In this document: positions 1 to 9,613 of the stretch, piece after piece
Position numbering within the stretch: the stretch's first letter is position 1
Layout: the number at the start of each line of letters is the position of its first letter
Source: Patescibacteria group bacterium
GTDB taxonomy: Bacteria > Patescibacteriota > Minisyncoccia > Phycocordibacterales > Phycocordibacteraceae
Reading direction: 5' to 3'
Length of the DNA: 64,000 nucleotides
NCBI GenBank assembly: GCA_019744845.1
Contig: JAIETW010000002.1
Coordinates: forward strand, 69,759-133,758
The notes under the pieces: model-generated
Told to the model about the DNA's origin: nothing
Seen by the model: the letters and a program-made list of their open reading frames with translations, nothing else
Database searches by the model: none
Made by a program: the position numbers and the translations under genes

Positions 1-2
1 CG

Positions 3-344
3 CACCAGTATCTCGCACTTCTCTTTTTCAAAGAAAAGCAGTGTGTCTCACACGATTCTGCGTTTAACGTTGATGAGGCGATCAGCGAGGCAGCACATCG
101 CATACAATCCCAGATTGGTCCGTGGGGTGACATATATCCAGAACAGGTCTCCTTTCTTCTTTATGGGGGATTCCAAGACCTTGTGTCGCAGGCACACATA
201 GACACCATACTTGCGCATCAAGAAGAAGACGGGGGATGGCGTCACGCACCGGAGGATCCAGGACCAAACCCCCACACGACCATATTGTCGGTGTGGGCAC
301 TCGCACAATGGGCAGACTTCTGTCCGTTTACGAACCAGCGCTAA
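3..344 (+). CDS. Partial CDS (5' end outside window); C-terminus with a QxxDGGW (prenyltransferase/terpene cyclase-like) motif
   Basis: Frame +3 is open from the window start: HQYLALLFF...ILAHQEEDGGWRH...PHTTILSVWALAQW...NQR*. Not in the ORF track. Confidence 0.6.
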   Translation, partial: HQYLALLFFKEKQCVSHDSAFNVDEAISEAAHRIQSQIGPWGDIYPEQVSFLLYGGFQDLVSQAHIDTILAHQEEDGGWRHAPEDPGPNPHTTILSVWALAQWADFCPFTNQR

Positions 345-384
345 GACTTTTGCGCGCGACTTCTAAAGCAGCTAAAATAGCCTG

Positions 385-1593
385 GTGACTCGCTCGTTCC
401 TCGCCTCTCTCCGTCGTTTTGGACCGCTTCTTCTTATTGTCCTCCTCATTGCCGTTGTGTGGGCAGTGATGGAATGGAAATCGTACTCATCGGATCCTAC
501 GTCGTATCCTGAAGTTCAGGAGATTGGTGTGCGATCCGATTGGCAGTTCCAAGAGTTGTCTACGTATTTTCAACGTCTTGCGGATGAGAAGGGGGCACTC
601 TACGCATATGAGGTATTGCGGTACGCCCCCTTCCCAGAAGGGGTAGATATCCATCTGCTTGGGCATGTGGTCGGAGACATGCTCTATGAGCAACAGGGAA
701 TTCAAGGGATTCACTCATGCACGCAAGAATTTAGAAATGCGTGCTCGCACTCGGTCGTGATCGGCATGCTTACCGAGTATGGGGAGGGTTCATTGTCTGA
801 CATTGCAGCAACCTGCATGGAAGCACCGGGAGGAAAGGGTGCATACACCATGTGTTTCCACGGTCTTGGTCACGGCGTGCTTGCATTTAATGGATACGAT
901 TTTGAGAAGGCAGTCGGTATGTGTGAGAGGACAGGAACGCCCGCCTACAACAACCGTGAAGCACATGAGTGCATTGGCGGCATGATGATGGAGATGATTG
1001 CAGGCGTACATGATAGGGAGGTATGGCAAACGCAAGTTGCACAATACTTCAAGAAGAATGACCCACTCTATCCATGTAATGCAGACTTCGTACCTGATGA
1101 GGCGCGATACACGTGTTACTCCTATCTCACTCCGTATTTATTTGGTCAGGCAAGTATAGATTTGGATGCACCTGATCCGGCACTTTATTCAACTGCGTTT
1201 TCATACTGCGAACCACTCTCTGGTTCCTCGCGAGAAGCATGCTATGGCGGGTTTGGGAAGGAATTCATCGTCCTCGCAAATGATCGCGATATTCGTACCG
1301 TTGGTGCACTTAGCACCGAACAACTTCAGAAGGTGCATGAGTGGTGTGAGTCTGCAGGTGTAGCTGACGGCGAGGTGTTTTGTAAGTCATCGGCACTTGC
1401 GTCTCTCTTTTGGGGAGGAGAAAGCGACCCGGAGGTTTCATTCGCATTTTGTGCACTTTCAGAACAGTCTACCCAAGAATCCTGCTATCGCGAGTTAGGG
1501 TCCGCCATTCGGTACTATCTTGGGAATACTGTTCGTGGAGACGCACTCTGTAGAAAGATGCCTGACCAGTATCGTAATTTCTGCAGTATATGA
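385..1593 (+). CDS. Membrane-anchored Cys/His-rich protein, paralog 1
   Basis: N-terminal TM helix; motifs HLLGH, CSH, CFHGLGHG, CIGGMMME; many spaced Cys. Confidence 0.8.
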   Translation: MTRSFLASLRRFGPLLLIVLLIAVVWAVMEWKSYSSDPTSYPEVQEIGVRSDWQFQELSTYFQRLADEKGALYAYEVLRYAPFPEGVDIHLLGHVVGDMLYEQQGIQGIHSCTQEFRNACSHSVVIGMLTEYGEGSLSDIAATCMEAPGGKGAYTMCFHGLGHGVLAFNGYDFEKAVGMCERTGTPAYNNREAHECIGGMMMEMIAGVHDREVWQTQVAQYFKKNDPLYPCNADFVPDEARYTCYSYLTPYLFGQASIDLDAPDPALYSTAFSYCEPLSGSSREACYGGFGKEFIVLANDRDIRTVGALSTEQLQKVHEWCESAGVADGEVFCKSSALASLFWGGESDPEVSFAFCALSEQSTQESCYRELGSAIRYYLGNTVRGDALCRKMPDQYRNFCSI

Positions 1594-2582
1594 ACCGTCT
1601 GTCGTATCTGATTCTTTTTGCTTTTCTTGTCGGCGTAGGAGTTTTTCTCTTCAGAGAAGTTCCGACGACTCGCTTTGGGGAGATTACTCCCATCACCGCG
1701 CAAGAAGTGCGGGCAGCAATAATTGCGTACACTGACGCACATGGTGCGAACAAGATGATGGAGGTGTTTCGGGAGTCATACAGCGCATCACATCCGAACA
1801 TACAACACAATGCGTCGCATCTTCTTGGAGAAGCGCTGTATCTTGCACTGGGGAGTAATGGTGTGTCTGAGTGTACGAGTGAGTATAACTTCGGGTGTTA
1901 TCATGGCCTCTTTGCAAAGGCGATTGCCACAGAAGGACTTGAAGTGGTGAAGGCTTTTGACGTCGCGTGCGCGAACTCTGATCGTGTGAGCGCATGTCAG
2001 CATGGACTTGGTCACGGGATTCTTGAGTACATGAGTGCAAAGAAGTTGGTGGACGCACTCAATGTATGCAGAGATCTCACGACGCCATCGGGTCCACTCG
2101 GAGGATGTGCCTCTGGAGTGTTTATGGAATATAACCACCCTCTTGTGTCAGAAGATGGGAATCAGCGTATTGAGGTGCGTCCGCTTGAGGACGAAGAGTT
2201 TCTTTACACGCCTTGTGAAGACGTGCCGTCAGAATTCAAAGCGGCTTGTTATCATTCGCTTCCACAGTGGTGGCGGCAGGTGGTGACTGCAAACGATTAT
2301 GCGCGTATGGCCGAACTCTGTGCGGTAATCCCGAATCAGTCGCACCAGCACGCGTGTATTGCAGGGCTTGGGTCAGTGATCCCTCCATCTCTTGATTACG
2401 ATGTGTCGTCTTCAATTGCGGCGTGCGACACTGTACCTTCCGAGCTGCTTCGTATTCAGTGCCTTGAAAGTGCATCTGGGGTGTTCTGGGGAAACATTAA
2501 TGATGTAGAAGGGGCGCAAGAGATATGTGAGGCGATGCCAGACGCAGATCGTACACGATGTCTGAATCTCATATATGAATGA
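1590..2582 (+). CDS. Membrane-anchored Cys/His-rich protein, paralog 2
   Basis: ATGA overlap with previous gene; HNASH, GCYHG, CQHGLGHG, CASGVFME. Confidence 0.8.
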   Translation: MNRLSYLILFAFLVGVGVFLFREVPTTRFGEITPITAQEVRAAIIAYTDAHGANKMMEVFRESYSASHPNIQHNASHLLGEALYLALGSNGVSECTSEYNFGCYHGLFAKAIATEGLEVVKAFDVACANSDRVSACQHGLGHGILEYMSAKKLVDALNVCRDLTTPSGPLGGCASGVFMEYNHPLVSEDGNQRIEVRPLEDEEFLYTPCEDVPSEFKAACYHSLPQWWRQVVTANDYARMAELCAVIPNQSHQHACIAGLGSVIPPSLDYDVSSSIAACDTVPSELLRIQCLESASGVFWGNINDVEGAQEICEAMPDADRTRCLNLIYE

Positions 2583-3585
2583 TGTTTCTTTGAAGCAGTA
2601 TGTGATTCTGACTATCGCGATACTTGTCATTGGCGGAATACTATTTGGCTCTCGCTTTTTCGGTCCTCAGTATGATCCACAAGACGAAGCGTATAACGCT
2701 TCGTACTGGTCGTACTCTATTCAGCGCTCTGGCGCGCCGAGCGCCTACCAAGAGTTCCTTGTTAGAAATTCAAGCACCGATTCTACGCGTCAGCATCTTG
2801 CCGCACACGTCTTTGGCGAAGTGCTATTCAAAATAGAAGGAGAGGAGGGCATTTCAGTGTGCGACGCCCAGTTTGGATTCGGGTGTTACCACGGCTTCTT
2901 TGGTCGTGCGATTTCGGAAGGGGGAGTGGAGTCAATCGCACGCCTTGATGCAGCATGTGTAAAGACGCACGGTACTCTTGGCACTGGATGTCAGCATGGA
3001 GTTGGGCACGGGATTCTTGAATACGTGGGCTATGACGCACTAGATGAGGCACTAGCCCTTTGTGCAGAAACCACACAGCTCACCTCGCGACTTGGCTGCA
3101 CCTCAGGCGTGTTCATGGAATACAATTCACCGCTTGCGGGTATTTCAGATGGACTTGTCCCGACGACACGTGCGCTTGATCCTTTGAACCTCTATGAGCC
3201 TTGTAATGAGGTGGAGGAGAAATATAAAGAGTCTTGTTTCCATGAACTTGGCGCATGGGTACTCTCTCATCATGCAGATGCTGCACGTGCAGGGTTCTGT
3301 GAAGGAATTGAAGGGAGAGGGCGTGAGTCATGTTTTGTGGGGATGGGTTCTGCCATTGCACACAAGGTTGGCCCATATCCAACACAGGGAATAGAGATGT
3401 GTGCGATGTTTGGGGAAAACGATATGCGTTCCTGCCGCGCAGGGCTTTCGTGGGGCTTTTTTACGGTCCCGGAGACCCGACTCCACGCACTGGAGGCGTG
3501 CGGGTATACTGAGGAGACACAGAAGAATGCATGCCTGCGCCTCGGCGATCTCACTGAAGGCCTGGATCCCACCTTTCCCTCATGA
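2575..3585 (+). CDS. Membrane-anchored Cys/His-rich protein, paralog 3
   Basis: HLAAH, GCYHG, CQHGVGHG, CTSGVFME; closest to paralog 2. Confidence 0.8.
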   Translation: MNDVSLKQYVILTIAILVIGGILFGSRFFGPQYDPQDEAYNASYWSYSIQRSGAPSAYQEFLVRNSSTDSTRQHLAAHVFGEVLFKIEGEEGISVCDAQFGFGCYHGFFGRAISEGGVESIARLDAACVKTHGTLGTGCQHGVGHGILEYVGYDALDEALALCAETTQLTSRLGCTSGVFMEYNSPLAGISDGLVPTTRALDPLNLYEPCNEVEEKYKESCFHELGAWVLSHHADAARAGFCEGIEGRGRESCFVGMGSAIAHKVGPYPTQGIEMCAMFGENDMRSCRAGLSWGFFTVPETRLHALEACGYTEETQKNACLRLGDLTEGLDPTFPS

Positions 3586-4811
3586 CACCTGAACTTAGAA
3601 ATCTTGGCATAGGAATTCTCTTGCTCGTTGCCATTTTTGGCGGGTCCTACGCGTACGAGACTGCATTGTTTGGTCTTCTTCCACGCTCTCTTGAGCAACA
3701 TGCAACGGCGGTTATTTCTACCTGTGCATCAGAGTCATACCCGCCAAGTTGCTACGATCTGGAAATACCAAAACTCATGGATCAAGGTCTTTCAATGGAA
3801 GAAACTTTTGAGGTGACGAGATTGATACAGAACCAAGTTGATAACTACTTCTATTGTCACGTGCTTGGTCATAACGTGTCGGCAAAAGAGACCGCCAAGG
3901 ACCCACTCGCATGGACGGACGTGGTGGCCCGATGTCCGACTGGCATGTGTAGCAATGGATGCCTTCACGGTGCCGCACAGGAACGCTTTCGCGACGATGC
4001 ACTCACCGATGCGGAGATTCAGGAATTGATTCCTGAATTGAGTCAGATTTGTGAGCCAGGCAGTGGTCGTGATTTTACTGGTCTTGAACAGGCGAGTTGC
4101 TATCACTCACTTGGTCATCTCACCATGTACATAGGTGGAGGAAATATCACCACAGCGGTCGGCGTGTGTGATCAGATCGCAGTGAAAGATACGCATGACT
4201 ATACGCAGACCTGTTACGAGGGTGCATACATGCAGATCTTCCAACCACTTGAGCCGGAAGATTTTGCGCTCGTACAAGATGTCCCCGCAACGACGACCGT
4301 AGATGCCAAGGTGTTTTGTGATGGATTCAGCGGAGAACGTCGTGCCGCTTGTCACCGAGAGTCATGGCCTCTCTACCGAGACTCATTCTCTGAACCAGGA
4401 GGTATTGAAACCTTCTGTACGCTCGTTCCTGACCGAGTCTCACAGCAACGTTGTTACAATGCCATCTTCTATGTCCTGACCGCACAGTATTCATTTGACG
4501 AAGAGAAGGTCACGAATATGTGCGAGAGTGTGCCGGAAAAGCGCATGGGGCAGTGTTTTGGAAATGCAGCCTCACGAATGGTGGAGACCGATTATCGGTT
4601 GACGCCCAACGCCGTGCGTATCTGTGAGCGCGCACAAGAGCACGGAGTAGGTGATAGATGCTACGAGGAACTTGTGTTCTACTCCACGTTTAATTTTCAC
4701 GAAGGTTCAGAGGCGTTCCTCACACTTTGCCGCTCGCTTCCTGAGCCATGGCAGACGCAATGTGTAAACGGAGAGGGGAAGACGTTTCAGCCAAGTAAGA
4801 ACGATTATTAA
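3582..4811 (+). CDS. Membrane-anchored Cys/His-rich protein, paralog 4
   Basis: CHVLGH, GCLHG, CYHSLGH, CYEGAYMQ. Confidence 0.8.
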   Translation: MTPELRNLGIGILLLVAIFGGSYAYETALFGLLPRSLEQHATAVISTCASESYPPSCYDLEIPKLMDQGLSMEETFEVTRLIQNQVDNYFYCHVLGHNVSAKETAKDPLAWTDVVARCPTGMCSNGCLHGAAQERFRDDALTDAEIQELIPELSQICEPGSGRDFTGLEQASCYHSLGHLTMYIGGGNITTAVGVCDQIAVKDTHDYTQTCYEGAYMQIFQPLEPEDFALVQDVPATTTVDAKVFCDGFSGERRAACHRESWPLYRDSFSEPGGIETFCTLVPDRVSQQRCYNAIFYVLTAQYSFDEEKVTNMCESVPEKRMGQCFGNAASRMVETDYRLTPNAVRICERAQEHGVGDRCYEELVFYSTFNFHEGSEAFLTLCRSLPEPWQTQCVNGEGKTFQPSKNDY

Positions 4812-4814
4812 TAT

Positions 4815-6278
4815 ATGAAAGAGTTTCTTACTCGTCGGAACATACTCATCGCGTTAGTTATCATCGCGGGGGGAGTGGCATACTACCTTTCACAAGTCCC
4901 ACCACCAAATACAATTATCTTGAGGGAAGATGGATGGCATCCGGAGTCACTTGTGGTAGAGCCAGACACGACGGTGATCTTCGTGAATAAGACATCTCAC
5001 TCATTCTGGCCCGCATCAAATAGCCACCCACAGCACGAACGGTATCCTGAGTTTGATGCAGGTCGCCCGATGGCACCCGGAGAGTCGTGGTCGTTCACAT
5101 TTACGCGACCCGGGAAGTGGGTATTCCATGATCACCTTCGTTCTTCGTATGTGGGGAGTATTGCGGTTGGGCAAGAGTACGCAGATTACGATTGTTTGAC
5201 TGATATTGCCGATGCATCTGTCTCAGAGAAGCGTGTGTGTTGGGGTGAGAAGTTGTATGAAGAGCTGCGAGAGAATGGCGCAGCCGCCGCTTTTCGCTTA
5301 TTCGCGAATTTCTATGAGTCAGACCCAGATTTCACGAAAGTAGGGTGCCATGTAATTGCACACCAGCTTGGTGACAATGCGTATGGAGAGTATCTGCGAC
5401 AGGGGAAGAAACTTTCGGTGCTTGAGTTTCCACCAGAGTCAGTGTATTGCGGGTATGGGTATTACCACGGTATTTTTGAACACCTCATTCGCGACAATCC
5501 AGACTTTGAAATGGCAAATGCGTTTTGTCAGGATCTCGTGGCTACGTATGAAGATACGGTGCCACGAATTCGTCTCAATTGTTATCACGCGATAGGGCAC
5601 GGGTTTGTGCCGGAGCCGAGCGATGTGGAGCAATGGGGGGATGTACAAAAGATGACTGAACCCGCGATTGCCGCCTGCGCACGACTCCCTGTGTATGATG
5701 AGCGATCTGAGTGTTTCCAAGGAACATTCAATGTGATTGGAGATTGGATGTGGAACAATCAGTTTGGCTTACGGTTTAGTGAAAGTGATCCGCTTTCAGT
5801 CTGTCGCTTGTATGAAGGGGAGATTTCAGAGGCATGTTATTACGAAGTCGCGATGCGTCTTCTTCCGTACGGTGACGATGATCTTTCACGCATCTACAAT
5901 CTCTATGTGGCGCAGATAGAAAATGATCAGATTGCAGGAATGGTAATTAACTCTGCTGCAGCCGGAGTCATTGGAACGAATATTACTGACGACAATTTCA
6001 TCCCATTTCTCCATACCTGCCGTACGTTGCCCGCACGTGTGCAAGAGGACTGTCTCAAAGGGCTTACCGGAGGGTTCGTGGCACATGGAGAGCCGGAAAA
6101 CGAATATATAAAGGCAATTGATTTCTGTAGTGACGAAGAGCTCACTCCCGACGAGAAAGATATTTGTTATTGGAATATTACTCGTACCTTCAAGGACTCA
6201 TACTCAAAAGAAAAGGTGGAGCAGGTATGTACCGGAGTTGAGGTTGAATACCAGCACTATTGCTCCTACGAATCATGA
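4815..6278 (+). CDS. Cupredoxin-like domain fused to Cys/His-rich domain, paralog 5
   Basis: WPASNSHPQH...PGESWSFTFTRPGKWVFHDHL followed by CHVIAH, YYHG, CYHAIGHG. Confidence 0.8.
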   Translation: MKEFLTRRNILIALVIIAGGVAYYLSQVPPPNTIILREDGWHPESLVVEPDTTVIFVNKTSHSFWPASNSHPQHERYPEFDAGRPMAPGESWSFTFTRPGKWVFHDHLRSSYVGSIAVGQEYADYDCLTDIADASVSEKRVCWGEKLYEELRENGAAAAFRLFANFYESDPDFTKVGCHVIAHQLGDNAYGEYLRQGKKLSVLEFPPESVYCGYGYYHGIFEHLIRDNPDFEMANAFCQDLVATYEDTVPRIRLNCYHAIGHGFVPEPSDVEQWGDVQKMTEPAIAACARLPVYDERSECFQGTFNVIGDWMWNNQFGLRFSESDPLSVCRLYEGEISEACYYEVAMRLLPYGDDDLSRIYNLYVAQIENDQIAGMVINSAAAGVIGTNITDDNFIPFLHTCRTLPARVQEDCLKGLTGGFVAHGEPENEYIKAIDFCSDEELTPDEKDICYWNITRTFKDSYSKEKVEQVCTGVEVEYQHYCSYES

Positions 6279-7681
6279 AGCGAGTCGCTATTGTAGCCGG
6301 GCTTCTTGTACTGATCGCGCTGCTCGCATTCATCCCTCCTCAAAACACCATCGTCCTTAAGGACGATGGTTTTCACCCTCGCGTTCTCACCGTATCGGTG
6401 GGGGACACGGTTACGTTCACGAATGCACGTGACAAGTACTTCTGGCCTGCATCAGACTTTCATCCCACACATGCGCTGTACCCTGAGTTTGATGCGAAGG
6501 AGCCGCTTGCGCCTGGTCAGTCCTATGCCATTACCTTTACCGAGCCAGGCACCTATCCTTTTCATGATCATCTTGCTGCGTTCTATTTTGGCATCGTACA
6601 AGTACAAGACGCAGATGGCCGTGTTGTAGATGACTGTATGGAGAAAGGAGGGCAGTTCCAGTGTTGGCAGAACAAGCTGTTTCTTACACTTGCCACTGAA
6701 GGTATAGATCGTACATATGAAGAAGTCGCCACACTTTACGAAGAAGATCCGGCATTCTCAGGTTCATGCCATTACGCAGCGCACAATATAGGACTCGCAA
6801 GCTACCAGTTTTATCAGAAAGATACGGATTTTATTCTCTCCCCACGAGCCACTGCATGTGCCGCCGGTTTCTATCATGGATTCATGGAGGGATACATAGG
6901 TGCTACCGGAGACATAGAGGGCGCTGCGGAAGTTTGCGATACCATCGGCGCACGCATAGGTGAAGAAGCTCCCGATGCGCGCCTCCAGTGCTATCACGGC
7001 ATTGGACACGGTGCGGTAGAAAGTGCGGTTGCGACTTCAGGTTCGTTTGGGAGTCAGCAAAGCTTTGTGGACGCCGCACTTTCTTCGTGTGAGGAGGTGG
7101 CAGACGGAGAGCAAGAACTCTACCGCTGCGTATCTGGGGTATTCAATGGAATCGCAAATTTCTACATCATCGGTGCCTACGGTCTTTCGGTGAAGGATGA
7201 CCCTCTGTTGCTCTGCGCGAATCAGCCAGAAGTATACAAAGAAGCGTGCTACGGAAACATGAACTCAGTAGTGTATTACGAAGCCAGGGGAGAGTTTACC
7301 CCTGCAGTGGAAGAAGTATTTTCTATTCCTGACGTCACCGAACGTCCGAAAGCACTTGAGTACCTTCTTCTTCTGTTCGCGCTTAATCACATTCAGGATG
7401 AGTCGCTCGCACCGCTCATACAAGAGTGTCAGGCGCTGCCGGATTCCTATGTCGCCTCATGTCTTGGTGGGTTGGTACGCGGGCTTCTTGAACACGGTAT
7501 TCCAGGGAAAGAGTATGAAAAAGCCTTGAATCTGTGCCGTGAATCAACTCTCACCGCAGCAGAGCGTGATGCGTGTTATGCCATCGTACTTACGGGCGCG
7601 GATGGATGGTACGGGGCTGAGAAAGTGAAGGAGATTTGTGCCTCCGTACCAGTGCAGGAACAGGCGTATTGCACGCCGTGA
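6275..7681 (+). CDS. Cupredoxin-like domain fused to Cys/His-rich domain, paralog 6
   Basis: ATG at 6275 overlaps the previous stop; WPASDFHPTH...FHDHL, CHYAAH, FYHG, CYHGIGHG. Confidence 0.8.
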   Translation: MKRVAIVAGLLVLIALLAFIPPQNTIVLKDDGFHPRVLTVSVGDTVTFTNARDKYFWPASDFHPTHALYPEFDAKEPLAPGQSYAITFTEPGTYPFHDHLAAFYFGIVQVQDADGRVVDDCMEKGGQFQCWQNKLFLTLATEGIDRTYEEVATLYEEDPAFSGSCHYAAHNIGLASYQFYQKDTDFILSPRATACAAGFYHGFMEGYIGATGDIEGAAEVCDTIGARIGEEAPDARLQCYHGIGHGAVESAVATSGSFGSQQSFVDAALSSCEEVADGEQELYRCVSGVFNGIANFYIIGAYGLSVKDDPLLLCANQPEVYKEACYGNMNSVVYYEARGEFTPAVEEVFSIPDVTERPKALEYLLLLFALNHIQDESLAPLIQECQALPDSYVASCLGGLVRGLLEHGIPGKEYEKALNLCRESTLTAAERDACYAIVLTGADGWYGAEKVKEICASVPVQEQAYCTP

Positions 7682-7693
7682 TAGAGTAGTTCC

Positions 7694-8080
7694 ATGAATA
7701 CAAAAGTGGCAATTGTGGTCGGTGTGCTCATACTCGCGGCTGCGGGATGGTACGTGTCACAGGAAAAACCTGTCACACCACAGGTACAGGTAAAAGTGCC
7801 AGAAGGGGCGATAGTAGTAGAGCTGACAAAAGAGGGCTTTTCTCCGTCAGAGCTTACTATCGCGAAAGGAGAGAGCGTGACATTTCGTACCACCGGAACG
7901 GATCTGTACTGGCCTGCATCAAATCTCCACCCGTCTCACGGAATCTATCCAGAGTTTGATCCTTTGAAGCCACTTCAACCGACCGAAGTGTGGAGTTTTA
8001 CCTTTGATCAGGTAGGGGAGTGGAAGTACCACGATCATCTTGCGCCCTATTTTACCGGCGTCATAACAGTGACTGAATAA
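7694..8080 (+). CDS. Stand-alone membrane-anchored cupredoxin-like protein
   Basis: GFSPSELTIAKGESVTF, WPASNLHPSH, GEWKYHDHL...TGVITV. Confidence 0.8.
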   Translation: MNTKVAIVVGVLILAAAGWYVSQEKPVTPQVQVKVPEGAIVVELTKEGFSPSELTIAKGESVTFRTTGTDLYWPASNLHPSHGIYPEFDPLKPLQPTEVWSFTFDQVGEWKYHDHLAPYFTGVITVTE

Positions 8081-8565
8081 TGCGCTCAATCGTACTTCTT
8101 TTGCTCGTGTTCCCATTGTCGGTCAGCGCACATGCGTTTGGCTTTTCTCACGAGACGACGGTAAACGGATATCAAGTTGATATTGGTTACAGTACCGCGG
8201 CGCCGACACCTAATGAGTCAGTGATCTTTGACTTCAATCTCCCGGCGGTTCATGCAGAGGTGCCATATTCGGATGTATGGGTACGAGTGACCAAAGAAGA
8301 TGGCACAGTGGTACTTGCGACTGGGCTCTACAACGCTCGCTTCGGTGGTCCACGTCTGAGCTACATGTTCCCTGAAGACGGACGCTACACTATAAGTGTG
8401 AGGTACGAGCAGGAATCAGAGGTTCTGCTTGAAACAGAGTTTCCCATCACGGTTGTGCCTGCATCTTCAGGTTCTATTCCGTATACCGAGCACATTCCGG
8501 GCCTTGTCGTAGGCCTCCTCCTCAGTGTGGGGGTACTGACCTGGTGGCAAAGGGGAAAGAAGTAG
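8080..8565 (+). CDS. Exported beta-rich protein with predicted mature N-terminal His and C-terminal TM anchor (putative metal-binding)
   Basis: Signal peptide ...SVSA|HAFGFSH; C-terminal hydrophobic helix followed by RGKK. Confidence 0.65.
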   Translation: MRSIVLLLLVFPLSVSAHAFGFSHETTVNGYQVDIGYSTAAPTPNESVIFDFNLPAVHAEVPYSDVWVRVTKEDGTVVLATGLYNARFGGPRLSYMFPEDGRYTISVRYEQESEVLLETEFPITVVPASSGSIPYTEHIPGLVVGLLLSVGVLTWWQRGKK

Positions 8566-8588
8566 GAAGAGGATGCTACACTAGCGGC

Positions 8589-9608
8589 ATGAAAAAAATA
8601 CGCGTCGCAATTAATGGATTTGGTCGTATCGGTCGTGCGTTTGTCCGTCAGGTGTGGAATCGTCCGGAAATTGAGTTAGTGGCTATTAATGATCTGGGGT
8701 CTCCAGAAACCGCCGCCTATCTTTTGAAATACGACACCGTGTACGGACGTGCACCATTTTCGGTTGAGCGTCGCGATGGCGTATTGGTGATTAACGGGGC
8801 AGACGTAAAACTTTTTGCAGAAAAGGATCCCATGGCGCTTCCATGGAAGGATCTGGCGATTGATGTGGTGGTTGAAGCGACTGGCGTATTTAACGATTAC
8901 GAAAAGGCGACTGTCCATATTAATGCAGGCGCACGTCGCGTCGTCATTACCGCACCCGCCAAGGGAGATGAAGGGCCAGGGAAGGGAGCAACGGTGCTCA
9001 TGGGAGTAAACGAAGAACTGTTGAAGACCTGTCCAGTGACGAGTAACGCGTCATGTACCACTAACTCAGGCAGTCCGGTAATTGCGATCTTGGATGAGAC
9101 GGTAGGCATTGAGCACGCCATGCTCTCCACCACTCATGCCTATACAGCAACGCAGGCAATTGTAGATGGCGCGTCTAAGAAAGATTTGCGTGAAGGACGT
9201 GCGGCTGCACAAAACATCATTCCATCCTCTACGGGTGCAGCGATTGCGGTGACGAAGGCGTATCCATCACTTGCGGGGAAGTTTGATGGCATCTCACTTC
9301 GTGTGCCAGTACCCGTTGGCTCTATTGCTGATATCACTTTTGTTGCAAAGCGTGATACGAGCGCAGAAGAGATCAATGACATTCTTCGCACAGCTGCAGG
9401 GGAGGCACGTTGGCAGGGTATCTTTGCGGCAACCGATGAGCCGCTTGTTTCAAGTGACATCATTGATGACCGCCATGCGTCTATCGCAGATCTTGCGATG
9501 ACACGCGTCGTTGATAAGCGACTTGTAAAAGTGCTTGCATGGTACGACAACGAAGCAGGATATACGCACACGCTTGTGGAGCATGTGATTAAGGCAGCGA
9601 ATGCGTAG
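8589..9608 (+). CDS. gap: Glyceraldehyde-3-phosphate dehydrogenase
   Basis: INGFGRIGR, NASCTTN, WYDNE. Confidence 0.97.
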   Translation: MKKIRVAINGFGRIGRAFVRQVWNRPEIELVAINDLGSPETAAYLLKYDTVYGRAPFSVERRDGVLVINGADVKLFAEKDPMALPWKDLAIDVVVEATGVFNDYEKATVHINAGARRVVITAPAKGDEGPGKGATVLMGVNEELLKTCPVTSNASCTTNSGSPVIAILDETVGIEHAMLSTTHAYTATQAIVDGASKKDLREGRAAAQNIIPSSTGAAIAVTKAYPSLAGKFDGISLRVPVPVGSIADITFVAKRDTSAEEINDILRTAAGEARWQGIFAATDEPLVSSDIIDDRHASIADLAMTRVVDKRLVKVLAWYDNEAGYTHTLVEHVIKAANA

Positions 9609-9613
9609 ACCGT

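Noticed and set aside
48-308. Minus-strand ORFs in the ORF track
   Set aside because: They are shadows of the more protein-like open frame +3.
385-7681. Multiheme c-type cytochromes
   Set aside because: No CxxCH motifs; the patterns are CxH and HxxxH.
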